A stretch of 64,000 nucleotides of DNA from a virus: IMG/VR virus record IMGVR_UViG_3300042907_001596, positions 86,441 to 150,440 of that record; one strand, 5' to 3'. The position numbers and the translations under genes are program-made. Below, piece by piece: positions 28,416 to 38,700 of this stretch; the first letter of the stretch is position 1; each line of letters begins with the position of its first letter. Under the pieces are notes generated by a model. It had not been told where the DNA came from and made no database searches. It saw nothing but the letters and a program-made list of their open reading frames with translations.

Positions 28416-31400
28416 GTGGCTGACGTTTTTGAGGTGTTGACCGCCTCTGAGTCCGAGCAGAGCATCGCGAAGAAAGCAGCGGCCGACACCCTCGCCGCCG
28501 CGATCTACGACGTACGCGAGCAGTTCGGGGAGCATCTGTTCATCGCCAAGAGCAAAGACGAGTTCCACGACCGTCTGGCCTTGTGCAAAGACGACATGAT
28601 GAAGACGGTCAACGCTCACCTCATGCCGGTGACCGGCGTGATGCGCCGGGTCTGCAAGACGATGGAGCGCGAATGGCGTGAGCGCACCGCCAATCGTCCG
28701 CTGCACGAGATCGCCCGCGACATCAAGACCAACTGGCCGAAGGTCAACTACGCCGCCCAGCCGTACTTAGATGCCCTCCACGAACTGGAGAGCGTCGATG
28801 ATATGTACTACGCGGATCCGGCCAGCCATATCGTCAACTACTTCCTCTCCAACGCCAGATCGTGGCGCGGGCCGGAAGCCAAGCGCATCAAGGACGAACT
28901 GAAGGGCTTGGTCAGCCGCCGCGCCAACCGGCTGGCCTATTCCGACGAAGAGTTGGAAGCCTACAAAGAGACGGTGAGCAGCGACGAGAAGCCGCCGCGC
29001 CCGAAAGCCAAGCCGTTCCCCGACACCGACGGCGAGTGGAAGAAGGCCGACAACACCGGCCCGGTGCAAAGCCTGGAGCAGACCTACTCCCCCTCTGACG
29101 GCCCGCTCGTCCCCGAAGGTGACTTCCACGCCTACCAGAACTCCGTCGACCAGAACGCCGACTCGACGGTGTCGGGAAACTTCACTCCCGGCGAGGACTC
29201 CGGCTCCGACAAGCACGGCTACCGCACCGCCAACGAGGTGATGGGGTACCCGGCCGACGGCGGCATGCCCGACGCAGGCATGGCGACTCCGCCGCCCGCT
29301 CCCGGTATGGATCCGACCACCGGTGCGGGCATGGTTGCCGCCCCGCCAGGAACCGGCGGCAGCGGCCCCGAAATGATGACCGCCGCGATCATCAAGCGGT
29401 ATGCCCAGTGGTGTGTCGCCAACTTGGCGCGGCCGTCGGTGCAGACGCTGGAGTATTACGCCGCCAACCGTCCCGACCTGGACTATTTCGTCCTGACGGC
29501 GGCGTTGCAGAAGCACGCTGAAGTTCCCGGTGGTTCAGCATCGGAGGGGCTTGGTCATATCATTAACCCCTTTGAGCCATCCCCTGAACCCAAGGCTCTT
29601 GATCCGAACCCCTACGCTGGCCTGACCATCCCCGAAAACTTCGATTACAGTGGAGGCAGCGGGGGATCAACCGGCCAGTTTACGGGTGCCTACCTGAAGC
29701 TGTGCCGCCAACAGGGTGTTCAGCCAACGCTACAGGGCTACCAGCGTTTTGCTAACCTCCATACCGCCGCCGGTAAGGGCAAGGACTACCTGCTGCAAGC
29801 CGACGAGGCCATCACCAACCTGCTCAACGAGAAAGCTGAAGAGTTCCAAGAGAGCATTACGCCGCTCCAGCAGGCACTCCAGACCATCCAGTACGCGGAG
29901 CAGGTGCAGCAGGCGCAGAACCCGATGGGCGTCATGCCTCCGGCCGGAACCGTCAACGTCATGCCCCAGACCCAAGGCCCCGCAGGGCCTGCCCCGGCGG
30001 GTGTAGATCCGTCCGGCCAGGTCGACCCGGCGATGCTCGCCCAGCTTATGGGCATGGGTGGCGGGGATCCGTCGCAGATGCAGGATCCCAACGCAGGCAT
30101 CCCTCCGGCAGCCGCCCAGCAGGGTGCGGTGCCGCCGGAGATGCAGATGCAGGCTCGCCGTCGCCGTGCGCAGATCAGCTTGTCTGATGTCCGCATCGAA
30201 GACCGGGGTGCCGGTCTGTGCAGCGGGACAGACCCCGCCGGTCACCGGGTGATGTTCCAGGCTTCGCCGGAAGACATGAAGGATCTCCTGCATGTGATGC
30301 AGGGCGACCTGGCCCAGAACTTCTCTGGGGTGTCGGTGGATGAAGAAGACATTGTCGATATGGGGCCGCAGGAAAAGGTTCCTTCCCACGGCGAGCAGGA
30401 TCCTTACGGTGGCGGTGATGGCGACATCAACCGCAGCTTTACGGGAACCCGCCGCACCGCCAGCAGAACTTCCGACCTCATCGCGGAGTACGAAAGCACT
30501 CCGCACGACGACGTGAAGAGCTTTGAGCTTGAGGAAGCCATCCACCGTCTGGCGGAGCAAGGTGACCCCGAAGCCCTCGCGTTCCTGAACGGTCACGACG
30601 AGCAGGCTCACGACGCGGAAGGGCACGACTACCCTCCGACGGGACACATGGCCCGCCGACGCACCGCCATGCCGATGACCGAAGACGGCTACGACGGAGG
30701 TGACGGCTGGGTTCCCGGCCAGGACTTCGATCCCCATGATCCAGACGAGATGGAAATCATGGAGCACATCTGGGAAGGCGAAAAGCTGAACCGGATGCAG
30801 CAGCTTGAGGAAGAGAACGCGAGACTGCGCAGTCAGCTTGACCCCGGCGGTGAACGTCAGGACTACGAGAACTATCACGATAACCACCGTGAGGGTGCCG
30901 TCTCCGAACTGGGCTACCCCGAACCCGAAGAGGGCTTTGAGGAAAACCACAAGAAGGTACGCAAAGAGAACGACTGGCCAGAACCGGAGTCGCGCTCAAG
31001 CGAAAAGCGTGGTGGTCGGGGAAAAGCACGAGGGGCCGCTAGGCCCCAGAGCCGGGGCCGCACCGCCAGCGGCGACCTGGGCCACTGCCAGATGGGATCG
31101 GGCTGCGGCAACCAGGCCGACCTGACCTTGCCGCTGCGCATCCTGGGGGATGTGCCGTTCTGCCGCCCCTGCGCAGAGCGGTACGTCCGCGTCAAAGACC
31201 GCTACCGCAAAGAAACCCAAGAGAAGAACCGGGCGCAGCAGAAATCCGGCGGCATCTTGGAGGAATGGCAGAAGTGGCAGCAGCGCCGCAGCCAAAGCGG
31301 CAAGCTGGGTATCGGCGGAGACAAAGACATTGAGGACTTCGCCGCCGAGCGCGGCTACGGCAGCCGGGGTGTGGCCACACTCCGCAAGCACCTTTACGGC

Positions 31401-32327
31401 CAGCGCACCGGCTGGTATGAGTCTTACGGTGAGCGCAAAAAGGCTCTCCGCAAGCAAGCCTGGTCAGGCTGGGGGCCGAGCCAGGTCAAGCGCAACCATG
31501 CTGTCGACGGCTGGGACTGGGACAAGCGGCTGTCGGCGTACGTCGCCTCCAGTCCGCCGGAGCACTTCATCTGCAAGTGCGGATCCAAGCTCGCGGTACC
31601 GGGCTACCACAACTGCAAGTGCGGCAAGATCTGGAACTCGTACGTCATCGGCACCGGCGGGGAGAACCGTCAGGCTGCTGTGGAGAAGTTTTTGTGCCGC
31701 GAGATCGCGGTGCGCGACAACGTCATCGTGGCGAACAACAGAACCGCCGGTCGCCCTGTTCGCGACAGCCAGGGCAACCCAATAGAAACGGAATCAGACG
31801 GGTACGTCGAGCGCAAAGTAGTTCGTCAGCCCCAAAGGCCAGAAAAAGACCCAGACCGTCGCCCGTCTGATTTCCAAAGGCAATCTCTCAGTCCTGAAGA
31901 CTTGAGGGATTGGTGGGATTCAGTGAAGCATCTGCACGACAACTCTGAGTTTGATCCAAGACGGTACAACCCAACCACCGGCAAGTATTGGACAGGCAAG
32001 GATGCGCCAGAGATCGGGGCCAGCCGCGAAGCCGCCAAAACCGCCAAAGACGGCGGCTGCACCTGCTGGGAAGGCTACGAGCGTGTCCCCGGCACCGAGC
32101 CGTGCGCGTCTGGCTCCTGCCGGAAGAAGACTTCCGGCCGCGACACGCCAGCAGCGCAGCCGTCCCGGCGGGGCGATTCGTGGAAGTATCGGGAGATGCT
32201 TGCCGCCGATGAAGACGACTCCGACGAGTGGCCATCTGAGCACCACCCCAATGCCGGGAAGTCCACGATGAGCAAGCCCCCCGCCGATTGGCATCACCGC
32301 GATCGTGGAGGGAAGTGGACGGCGTGA
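28416..32327 (+). CDS. large modular head-associated polyprotein (RxA-delimited)
   Basis: 1303 aa upstream of portal; many RTA/KTA/RRA/KQA junctions, several Cys clusters. Confidence 0.75.
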   Translation: MADVFEVLTASESEQSIAKKAAADTLAAAIYDVREQFGEHLFIAKSKDEFHDRLALCKDDMMKTVNAHLMPVTGVMRRVCKTMEREWRERTANRPLHEIARDIKTNWPKVNYAAQPYLDALHELESVDDMYYADPASHIVNYFLSNARSWRGPEAKRIKDELKGLVSRRANRLAYSDEELEAYKETVSSDEKPPRPKAKPFPDTDGEWKKADNTGPVQSLEQTYSPSDGPLVPEGDFHAYQNSVDQNADSTVSGNFTPGEDSGSDKHGYRTANEVMGYPADGGMPDAGMATPPPAPGMDPTTGAGMVAAPPGTGGSGPEMMTAAIIKRYAQWCVANLARPSVQTLEYYAANRPDLDYFVLTAALQKHAEVPGGSASEGLGHIINPFEPSPEPKALDPNPYAGLTIPENFDYSGGSGGSTGQFTGAYLKLCRQQGVQPTLQGYQRFANLHTAAGKGKDYLLQADEAITNLLNEKAEEFQESITPLQQALQTIQYAEQVQQAQNPMGVMPPAGTVNVMPQTQGPAGPAPAGVDPSGQVDPAMLAQLMGMGGGDPSQMQDPNAGIPPAAAQQGAVPPEMQMQARRRRAQISLSDVRIEDRGAGLCSGTDPAGHRVMFQASPEDMKDLLHVMQGDLAQNFSGVSVDEEDIVDMGPQEKVPSHGEQDPYGGGDGDINRSFTGTRRTASRTSDLIAEYESTPHDDVKSFELEEAIHRLAEQGDPEALAFLNGHDEQAHDAEGHDYPPTGHMARRRTAMPMTEDGYDGGDGWVPGQDFDPHDPDEMEIMEHIWEGEKLNRMQQLEEENARLRSQLDPGGERQDYENYHDNHREGAVSELGYPEPEEGFEENHKKVRKENDWPEPESRSSEKRGGRGKARGAARPQSRGRTASGDLGHCQMGSGCGNQADLTLPLRILGDVPFCRPCAERYVRVKDRYRKETQEKNRAQQKSGGILEEWQKWQQRRSQSGKLGIGGDKDIEDFAAERGYGSRGVATLRKHLYGQRTGWYESYGERKKALRKQAWSGWGPSQVKRNHAVDGWDWDKRLSAYVASSPPEHFICKCGSKLAVPGYHNCKCGKIWNSYVIGTGGENRQAAVEKFLCREIAVRDNVIVANNRTAGRPVRDSQGNPIETESDGYVERKVVRQPQRPEKDPDRRPSDFQRQSLSPEDLRDWWDSVKHLHDNSEFDPRRYNPTTGKYWTGKDAPEIGASREAAKTAKDGGCTCWEGYERVPGTEPCASGSCRKKTSGRDTPAAQPSRRGDSWKYREMLAADEDDSDEWPSEHHPNAGKSTMSKPPADWHHRDRGGKWTA

Positions 32328-32674
32328 CCGTGTGCTTCACCTGTAAGCATCTGCGGGAGATTGTCCACACCGACGAACTGGAGCGGGGCTTCTGCGCCCA
32401 GTGCTACCGGCCGTCGTGGGATCTCCTCTTCGCCAACAGCTTCATGGCGCTGACCGTCCCCTTCGCGGTGGGCGATCGGGTGCAGTGCCGCACCGCCGGA
32501 GTGATCTACGACGGCATCGGCGTGGTGGAGGAAGTCTCCACCGACTTGAAGGACGGAGGAACCTGGGTGTATCCGGCGTTCCGCGTCCGCTTCGATGAGA
32601 AGGCATACTCATCGGTGCCCGACGTGCAGTTGTACACCGAAGCCTGCCTGACGAAGGTGGGCAGCGATGAGTGA
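32324..32674 (+). CDS. hypothetical protein (CxxC..CxxC plus SH3-like region)
   Basis: GTGA overlap with previous stop; CFTC...CAQC; F.VGDRV. Confidence 0.65.
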   Translation: MTVCFTCKHLREIVHTDELERGFCAQCYRPSWDLLFANSFMALTVPFAVGDRVQCRTAGVIYDGIGVVEEVSTDLKDGGTWVYPAFRVRFDEKAYSSVPDVQLYTEACLTKVGSDE

Positions 32675-35063
32675 CTTCTCCATCTCCGACCGGCGCGGGC
32701 GCACCGCGTCCGGCCTCTACGTCGGCAACGCCAACACCGAGATGCACCGGCTGCGCCAGGCCGGGTACACCCTGCCCAACTCCCCGGTGCAGGCCCGCAT
32801 CGAATCCCGCCGGGTAGCCGACACCGCCACCGCCGGATCGCTGGCCGACTCCACCAACAAAGCTATCGCCGCGCAGATGCGCCGCAGCCGGATGGGCAGC
32901 ATGCGGGCGTCCACCGGCGGATCTACGATGATGCGTACCGGATCCAATACCCAGATGGCGATGCCGAAGGTGCGCCAGCCGATGGGGTCGCTGGCCGACA
33001 AAGGCATCCCCTTCAACGTCCAAGACCCCAAAGAGCTTATTGAGCTTCGCCGGTGGTGCCGGTTGTTCTATTCGACCCATGACTTGGTGCCGTTGTTGAT
33101 CGACATCTACGCGAAGTTCCCGGTCGTCGGCTTGGAGTTCCAAAGCAAAGACCCGAAGATCCAAGAGTTCTACGAGCAGATGTTTATGCAGGATCTGAAC
33201 TACTCCGAGTTTCTGCCCGAAGGGCTGGGCCGGGAATACTTCACCGTCGGTGAGGTCACCTCGCTGGCGCACTTCAACGAGTCGCTGGGCATCTGGTCGT
33301 CCGAAGAGATCCTGAACCCCGACATGGTGCGCGTCAGCAAAAGCCTCTTCGTCGGCCAGGAGCGGGTGCAGCTTCTCGTCAAAGACTTGGTGGACTCGCT
33401 GCGCACCGGCCCGCAAGGGTCAACCTCCGGCGAAGAGTCGCCCAGCGAGAAGCTGGAGCGCACCTGGGAGTACCAGCAACTGGTCAAGCACTACCCCGAA
33501 ATCGTCAAGGCGGCAGCCCAAGACGACGGCCTCGACATCTCCGACGCGCTCTGCTCACGCCTAGTCAACAAGTCCTCCTGGTGGGATCTGCGGGGCACCC
33601 CGCACCTGCTGCGCTCCTTCCGCACCCTGATGATGGAAGAGTCGCTGCACGCCGCCCAGGACGCCGTGGCCGACCGGCTGTACGCCCCGCTCATCCTCGC
33701 CACGATGGGTATTGAAAATATGGGCGACGGCGAGCCGTGGATCCCCGACCAAGGCGAATTGGACGATCTGCGCGACGACATGCAGAACGCTTTGTCGGCC
33801 GACTTCAAGCTGATGGTGCATAACTTCGGCGTGAACATCCAGTCGGTGTTCGGCCGCGAGCAGGTGCCGCGCTTCGACACCGACTACGACCGCATCGACG
33901 CCAAGCTCCTCCAGGCGTGGGGCATCGGCCAAGCTCTCATCGCCGGTGGCTCCGGTGCCGGTGGTGCCTACGCTTCGTCCGCGCTGAACCGCGAGGTGTG
34001 CGAGCAGTTGATGCTCACCTTCCAGAACAAGGTTCACCGCCACATTATGAAGCGGGCCGAAGTCATTGCCGAAGCCCAGGAGCATTACGACTTTGAGCTA
34101 AAAGGCGGCATCCGCCGCCCGATCTACCGGGAGATCGTGCAGTACAACGAAGAGACGGGCGAAGAAGAGATCGTCCGCGTCCCCAAGCTGCTGCTGCCCG
34201 AAGTCAAGTTCGCTACCCTCAACCTTCGCGACGAAGCCCAAGAAAGGGCGTTCATCGCCCAACTCAAGCAGATGGGTGTGCCCGTCTCCGACGGCAGCTT
34301 GGCGGTCAACATCCCGATTGAGTTCGACCAGGAGCTAGAGAAGCAGGCCGAAGAGACGGTCGCTAAAGGGCTGGCGAAAGCCCAGGCGATGGACAAGCTC
34401 CAGAAGATGTGCGACGCCCAAGGCATCCCGTACCCCGACGATCTGGTGGCTGCACTATCAGCCACACTGCAACTGCGTCAGGGTTTGGCCCAGACCGAAA
34501 TGGTCGAGGGTCAGGCGGAGATGCAGGAGCAGCAGATGAAGGCGATGTCTCCCGCCGGACAGATGGGCCTTATCCCCGGCGTCGCTGCGCCTCCGCCGCC
34601 GCCGGAAGGTCAGCAGAAAGCTGCCTCGACCGGCCCGCACGGATCCCCGCCGTTTGCGTCCGGCCCCGGCGGTGTGCAGGAAGTAGAAGAGGAAGGGACT
34701 CCGCCGGAGCTTCCCCGCAACCGGCAGCGTCCGGCGGAGTCCGACGAGCAGCGCGGCTCCATGCCGAAGAAGTCACGGTTTGAGCAGGGGCCAAGCTCCT
34801 ACGGCAAAGCGATGCGGGCCAACACCAACCGGGTGGAGCAAGCAGTGCGCCGCCGGGAGGCGGTCGCTCGCGGAGTGTCCGTCAGCGATCTGGTCAACGA
34901 CCCCGAGTCGTACTTCTTGACTAATATGGGTGGCTACGAAGCGCAGATCCGCGCCGACTGGCCGGAGATTCAAGCCGGGGGTGCCCCCGACAGTCGCAAG
35001 CTGTTAGAGGAGTTGGTGGAGCAATATGAAGAAGTCACCGGTATCACGCCCCGATGGGACTAA
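32667..35063 (+). CDS. portal protein
   Basis: 798 aa; RRWCRLFY.THDLVPLLIDIYAKFP, ILNPD, W..RG.P.L.RSFR.L; position in head module. Confidence 0.82.
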   Translation: MSDFSISDRRGRTASGLYVGNANTEMHRLRQAGYTLPNSPVQARIESRRVADTATAGSLADSTNKAIAAQMRRSRMGSMRASTGGSTMMRTGSNTQMAMPKVRQPMGSLADKGIPFNVQDPKELIELRRWCRLFYSTHDLVPLLIDIYAKFPVVGLEFQSKDPKIQEFYEQMFMQDLNYSEFLPEGLGREYFTVGEVTSLAHFNESLGIWSSEEILNPDMVRVSKSLFVGQERVQLLVKDLVDSLRTGPQGSTSGEESPSEKLERTWEYQQLVKHYPEIVKAAAQDDGLDISDALCSRLVNKSSWWDLRGTPHLLRSFRTLMMEESLHAAQDAVADRLYAPLILATMGIENMGDGEPWIPDQGELDDLRDDMQNALSADFKLMVHNFGVNIQSVFGREQVPRFDTDYDRIDAKLLQAWGIGQALIAGGSGAGGAYASSALNREVCEQLMLTFQNKVHRHIMKRAEVIAEAQEHYDFELKGGIRRPIYREIVQYNEETGEEEIVRVPKLLLPEVKFATLNLRDEAQERAFIAQLKQMGVPVSDGSLAVNIPIEFDQELEKQAEETVAKGLAKAQAMDKLQKMCDAQGIPYPDDLVAALSATLQLRQGLAQTEMVEGQAEMQEQQMKAMSPAGQMGLIPGVAAPPPPPEGQQKAASTGPHGSPPFASGPGGVQEVEEEGTPPELPRNRQRPAESDEQRGSMPKKSRFEQGPSSYGKAMRANTNRVEQAVRRREAVARGVSVSDLVNDPESYFLTNMGGYEAQIRADWPEIQAGGAPDSRKLLEELVEQYEEVTGITPRWD

Positions 35064-35064
35064 G

Positions 35065-35358
35065 GTGTCCGACGACGAAACTGTGTCGGTACGCATGGAG
35101 TGGGGCCTGTCTTTGCCTAGCGGAGAAGTGATGTGGAATGAGTACCGGGGACACCCGACTCATACCCCTGAACACCGATGGGTGTTGTGGCAGGTTCTTC
35201 GTAAGACAGCCGGAGAAGTCGGCTTCGATGAGCGCGAGTTTCTGTCCCGTTATGGATGGGTATCGCGTAGCGTTACCACTACTATCCGTGGGCGAAACAC
35301 CTACACGATTAACGACGAGAAAATATGCGCTGAACCTACTGACACGGAGCCAGCCTAG
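35065..35358 (+). CDS. hypothetical protein
   Basis: GTG start right after portal stop; A/T-richer. Confidence 0.55.
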   Translation: MSDDETVSVRMEWGLSLPSGEVMWNEYRGHPTHTPEHRWVLWQVLRKTAGEVGFDEREFLSRYGWVSRSVTTTIRGRNTYTINDEKICAEPTDTEPA

Positions 35359-35417
35359 CTATAGAGTGGCTATCAACTTTCCCCTCCCCCAGACCCAGGA
35401 ACGAGGCTGCTCGCCTA

Positions 35418-35666
35418 ATGGAAACCGCCCCCAGCATCTTCTACATGACCTTGCCGACGGAGAACGCCGACGAGGCGGTGTCGCTGATGGAGTATCTGAA
35501 TCAGCATGGGGTGCTGGCAGCAAGGGAAGGCACCGAGATGGTGACCTGCCCGATGGAGCATCACTCCATGGCGGAGACGGTCTACAACCTTCACCAAAGC
35601 TGGCGTCGATTTTGGGAGCACTCCGACTCCGGCCTGTTCGGTCTTCCCGTTTACACTAAAGGTTAA
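35418..35666 (+). CDS. hypothetical protein
   Basis: 82-aa ORF filling the gap before the late motif. Confidence 0.6.
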   Translation: METAPSIFYMTLPTENADEAVSLMEYLNQHGVLAAREGTEMVTCPMEHHSMAETVYNLHQSWRRFWEHSDSGLFGLPVYTKG

Positions 35667-35715
35667 ACCTGTAACCACCTCGCTGTCCTGCCGGAAAGGG
35701 TAGGAGGTAGCGACG

Positions 35716-38700
35716 ATGGTGAAAATCGGCAGCGCGGTACAGACTGCCCACGGTTTGGGCACGGTTACCGACACCGAAACGGTGCGCGGCCGAACCCAGT
35801 ACAAAGTGGCCGGAGATGGCTTCGCTGTCTGGCTGGACGACGTGAAGGTTGCCGCTTCCAGCCCAAGCTCAGAGGATTGGGTTGACGAGCGTCGGAGATG
35901 GGAAAACTCTCACCCCGAATGGAGTCCGTTTAAAGAAGATGAGGATTCTCAGCGTCGGCTGAATACAAAAGAGTCCTCGCTAGGTGACGTAGACGAGTCC
36001 AACTCCACCACGCTGCCGTACGACTACGAGCCGCAGCACCCGGTGGAGATGTACAACCAAGAGTCCACCATCATCCCCGCCGAGCACGACGATGTCGACG
36101 CAGAAGAGCGCACCCACCCCACCAACTCCGTGACCGGCGAGAGCGAAGAGGGTGGCCCCTACCCCGGCCCCGCCCCGCACCTGTTCGCCAGGGTCATGGA
36201 CTACCCCGCCGACTACGACCTGGGCGATGAGCCGTCCGAAGAGGAAGTCGCCGCCGACGAGCGCAGGAACCGCGAAGAGGAAGAAGCTCTTTACGAGCAG
36301 TACCTCCTTGAGCATCGCCCTCACTTCCACGGCGACGAAGAGTACGAAGGACGGATGTCCTTTGAGGGCGCAGCCGAAGGCGCAGCCTCTCAAGACTGCG
36401 ACTATTGCGGTGAGTCGGGACACGACTGGCAGGAGCATCCCGAAGCGTGGGCCGACGTTGCAGTATGGAATTACGAGAAGAAACAGCATGACTTCCCGTT
36501 CGGGGATCACCACGAAGGCGAGCCTGCTGAGGACTTTGACGGCTACGAGCATTTCGCTGCACGCACCGCCGCCGGAGCGTGGGGCGACCTGGCCGACGAA
36601 CCCGAAGCTGGCGGAGGACACCACGCCAAAGGCAGCGCAGGGCACTATCAGCAGTACGCGCTGCGCAACGGATTAAACCCCGGCAGCAGCCTCGCCGCCG
36701 ATCAGTATTCCCGCGAACACAACATCCCGCTGGAACGGGCTGAAGGCTTCGCTATGAAGCAGAGCCACCGCCCCGCCGGTCTGAGTGACAAGTACATCGA
36801 CATCCAGGCTGCCGCCGACGACATTCACGACCCGATCGTCCAGTTCCGCCGCGACCCCATCGCCTTCCTTCAGCGCAAAGCCTACGAGGCGGAGTGCGAA
36901 GAAGGGCTGGATCCGCGTGTCGGGCAGTACATGGATCTGGTCAACGCCGACACCAGCATCCGCACTGCCGCCTGGAACGATGTCCGCACCAAAGCTCTGC
37001 GGCTGCGCCGCGAAGGCAAGGTGTATGTCAAGTCCTCCACGCCGGAAGCCATCTACGCCACCGTCGAGGGCGACAACAACGTGTACGACTCCATCATCGT
37101 CCAAGGCAACGCCTTGAACATCGGTGGCCAGTCGGTCACCGAATGGCACTGTGGCTGCCCATGGGGCAAGTGGGCGTTCAAGCGCAAGATCTCTTACGTC
37201 GGCCGGTTCTGCTCCCACGCTTACGCCACCTACCTGGAGATGCAGTCCCGCCACACCACCGGCCAGGGTGGGGTCAAGCAGACCCCGAACCGCAACCGCA
37301 ACAAGCCGTGGCTGAGTGTGCCGCAAAACAAGAAGGCTGCCGCCGACGACATGAAGACCCGGTCGGAGCGCGACTACGACGTGGACGGCTACGGCTTCGA
37401 TGACGACGGCGGATCCGGTGGCCCGAAGACCCTGAAGAGCCAGCCCGAAAGCATGGAGCCGGACTTCTACGAAGTACCCGTCGGCACCCAACAGGGGTAT
37501 ACGTTCGACAATGGCAAGGGCACGGTCACGAACTTAGGCGACGACCGCAAGACCACCGGGCCGGATCAGATCATGGCCAAAGTCGACAAGAAGTGGGCCG
37601 ACGACCACGCCAAGCTGGACGACGAAGAGCACGAGCCGATCGTTCACTTCAGCATGCGCAAGCAGGCGCTGACCTACACCGCCGATGAGAACCTGCTGGA
37701 GAAGCTGCGCGACCTCAGCCTGGAAGCCCCGTCCGACAGCAACGGCCACAAGCGGGAGCGCAACCGCGAGGTGTCGGAGATCGTGGACGAACTCCACGAC
37801 CGGGGCTATGACGCCAGCCAGTTCGTCGCATCGCTGCGTACCGCCGAGGACGGCGAGGGTGGTATTTTTGACTGGCTAGGGCAGGCAACCCGTAGCCCTT
37901 TTGAGCGCAACCTGGATGGTGGCAGCGACAGCTTTTCGGACGCATTTGATCTTCGTAATCCGTTCTACAATGACGACGCACCTTCACAGACAAACCCGCA
38001 AGGATCTGGTGCTTACGTCAAGAGGGACGAGCCATCGTCGCCCACCGGAAGCTCCGACCCCGATGCTTTCGCGGATCTGAGCAATATCGGAGAAGATCCC
38101 GCTGACCCCGCTCCCGCCCCGGCAGCAGCCGCCGCCGCATCCGGTACCGGAGTCAGCGAAGTCAGCAGTGACGCCGGAGGCGGCGGCGGTGGTGGTGCAG
38201 GCGGCGGCGGTGGTGCAGGTGGCTATGTGTCCCCTCCCGGCGGCACTCGCGGCCCCGTCACCGACGGTGGCGTTCCCGGCGCGGAGAACGGCGACAACTC
38301 GCTGATCAACACCGAGAGCTACACCACCCAGGCGGGGGACACCCTGACCGACATCGCGCAGCGGACGTACGGCGACATGAACCGTTACGAAGAGATCGCT
38401 ACGAACAACAACATCACCAACACCGACCAGCTTGATGTTGGGACGACCCTGAACCTTCCCGGCGCGGGAGGGGCTTCCCCCGCCCCGGCGGCAGCGGACG
38501 CTCCGGCTTTGGCCGCAGAAGCCCCAACCCCGGCTCAGGCCAACGCTGGCCCCCCGCCGGACAACGCCGCATCGGCAACCTTCGCGCCGGGTGCCCCGGT
38601 GCCGCCGGTCGGCACTGTGGCCCGCCGCCGGTACAGTGGCCCCGGCCACGACCACGGCAGCGAGGCTACCGACGACGACGACGAAACCAAAAAGACTGCC

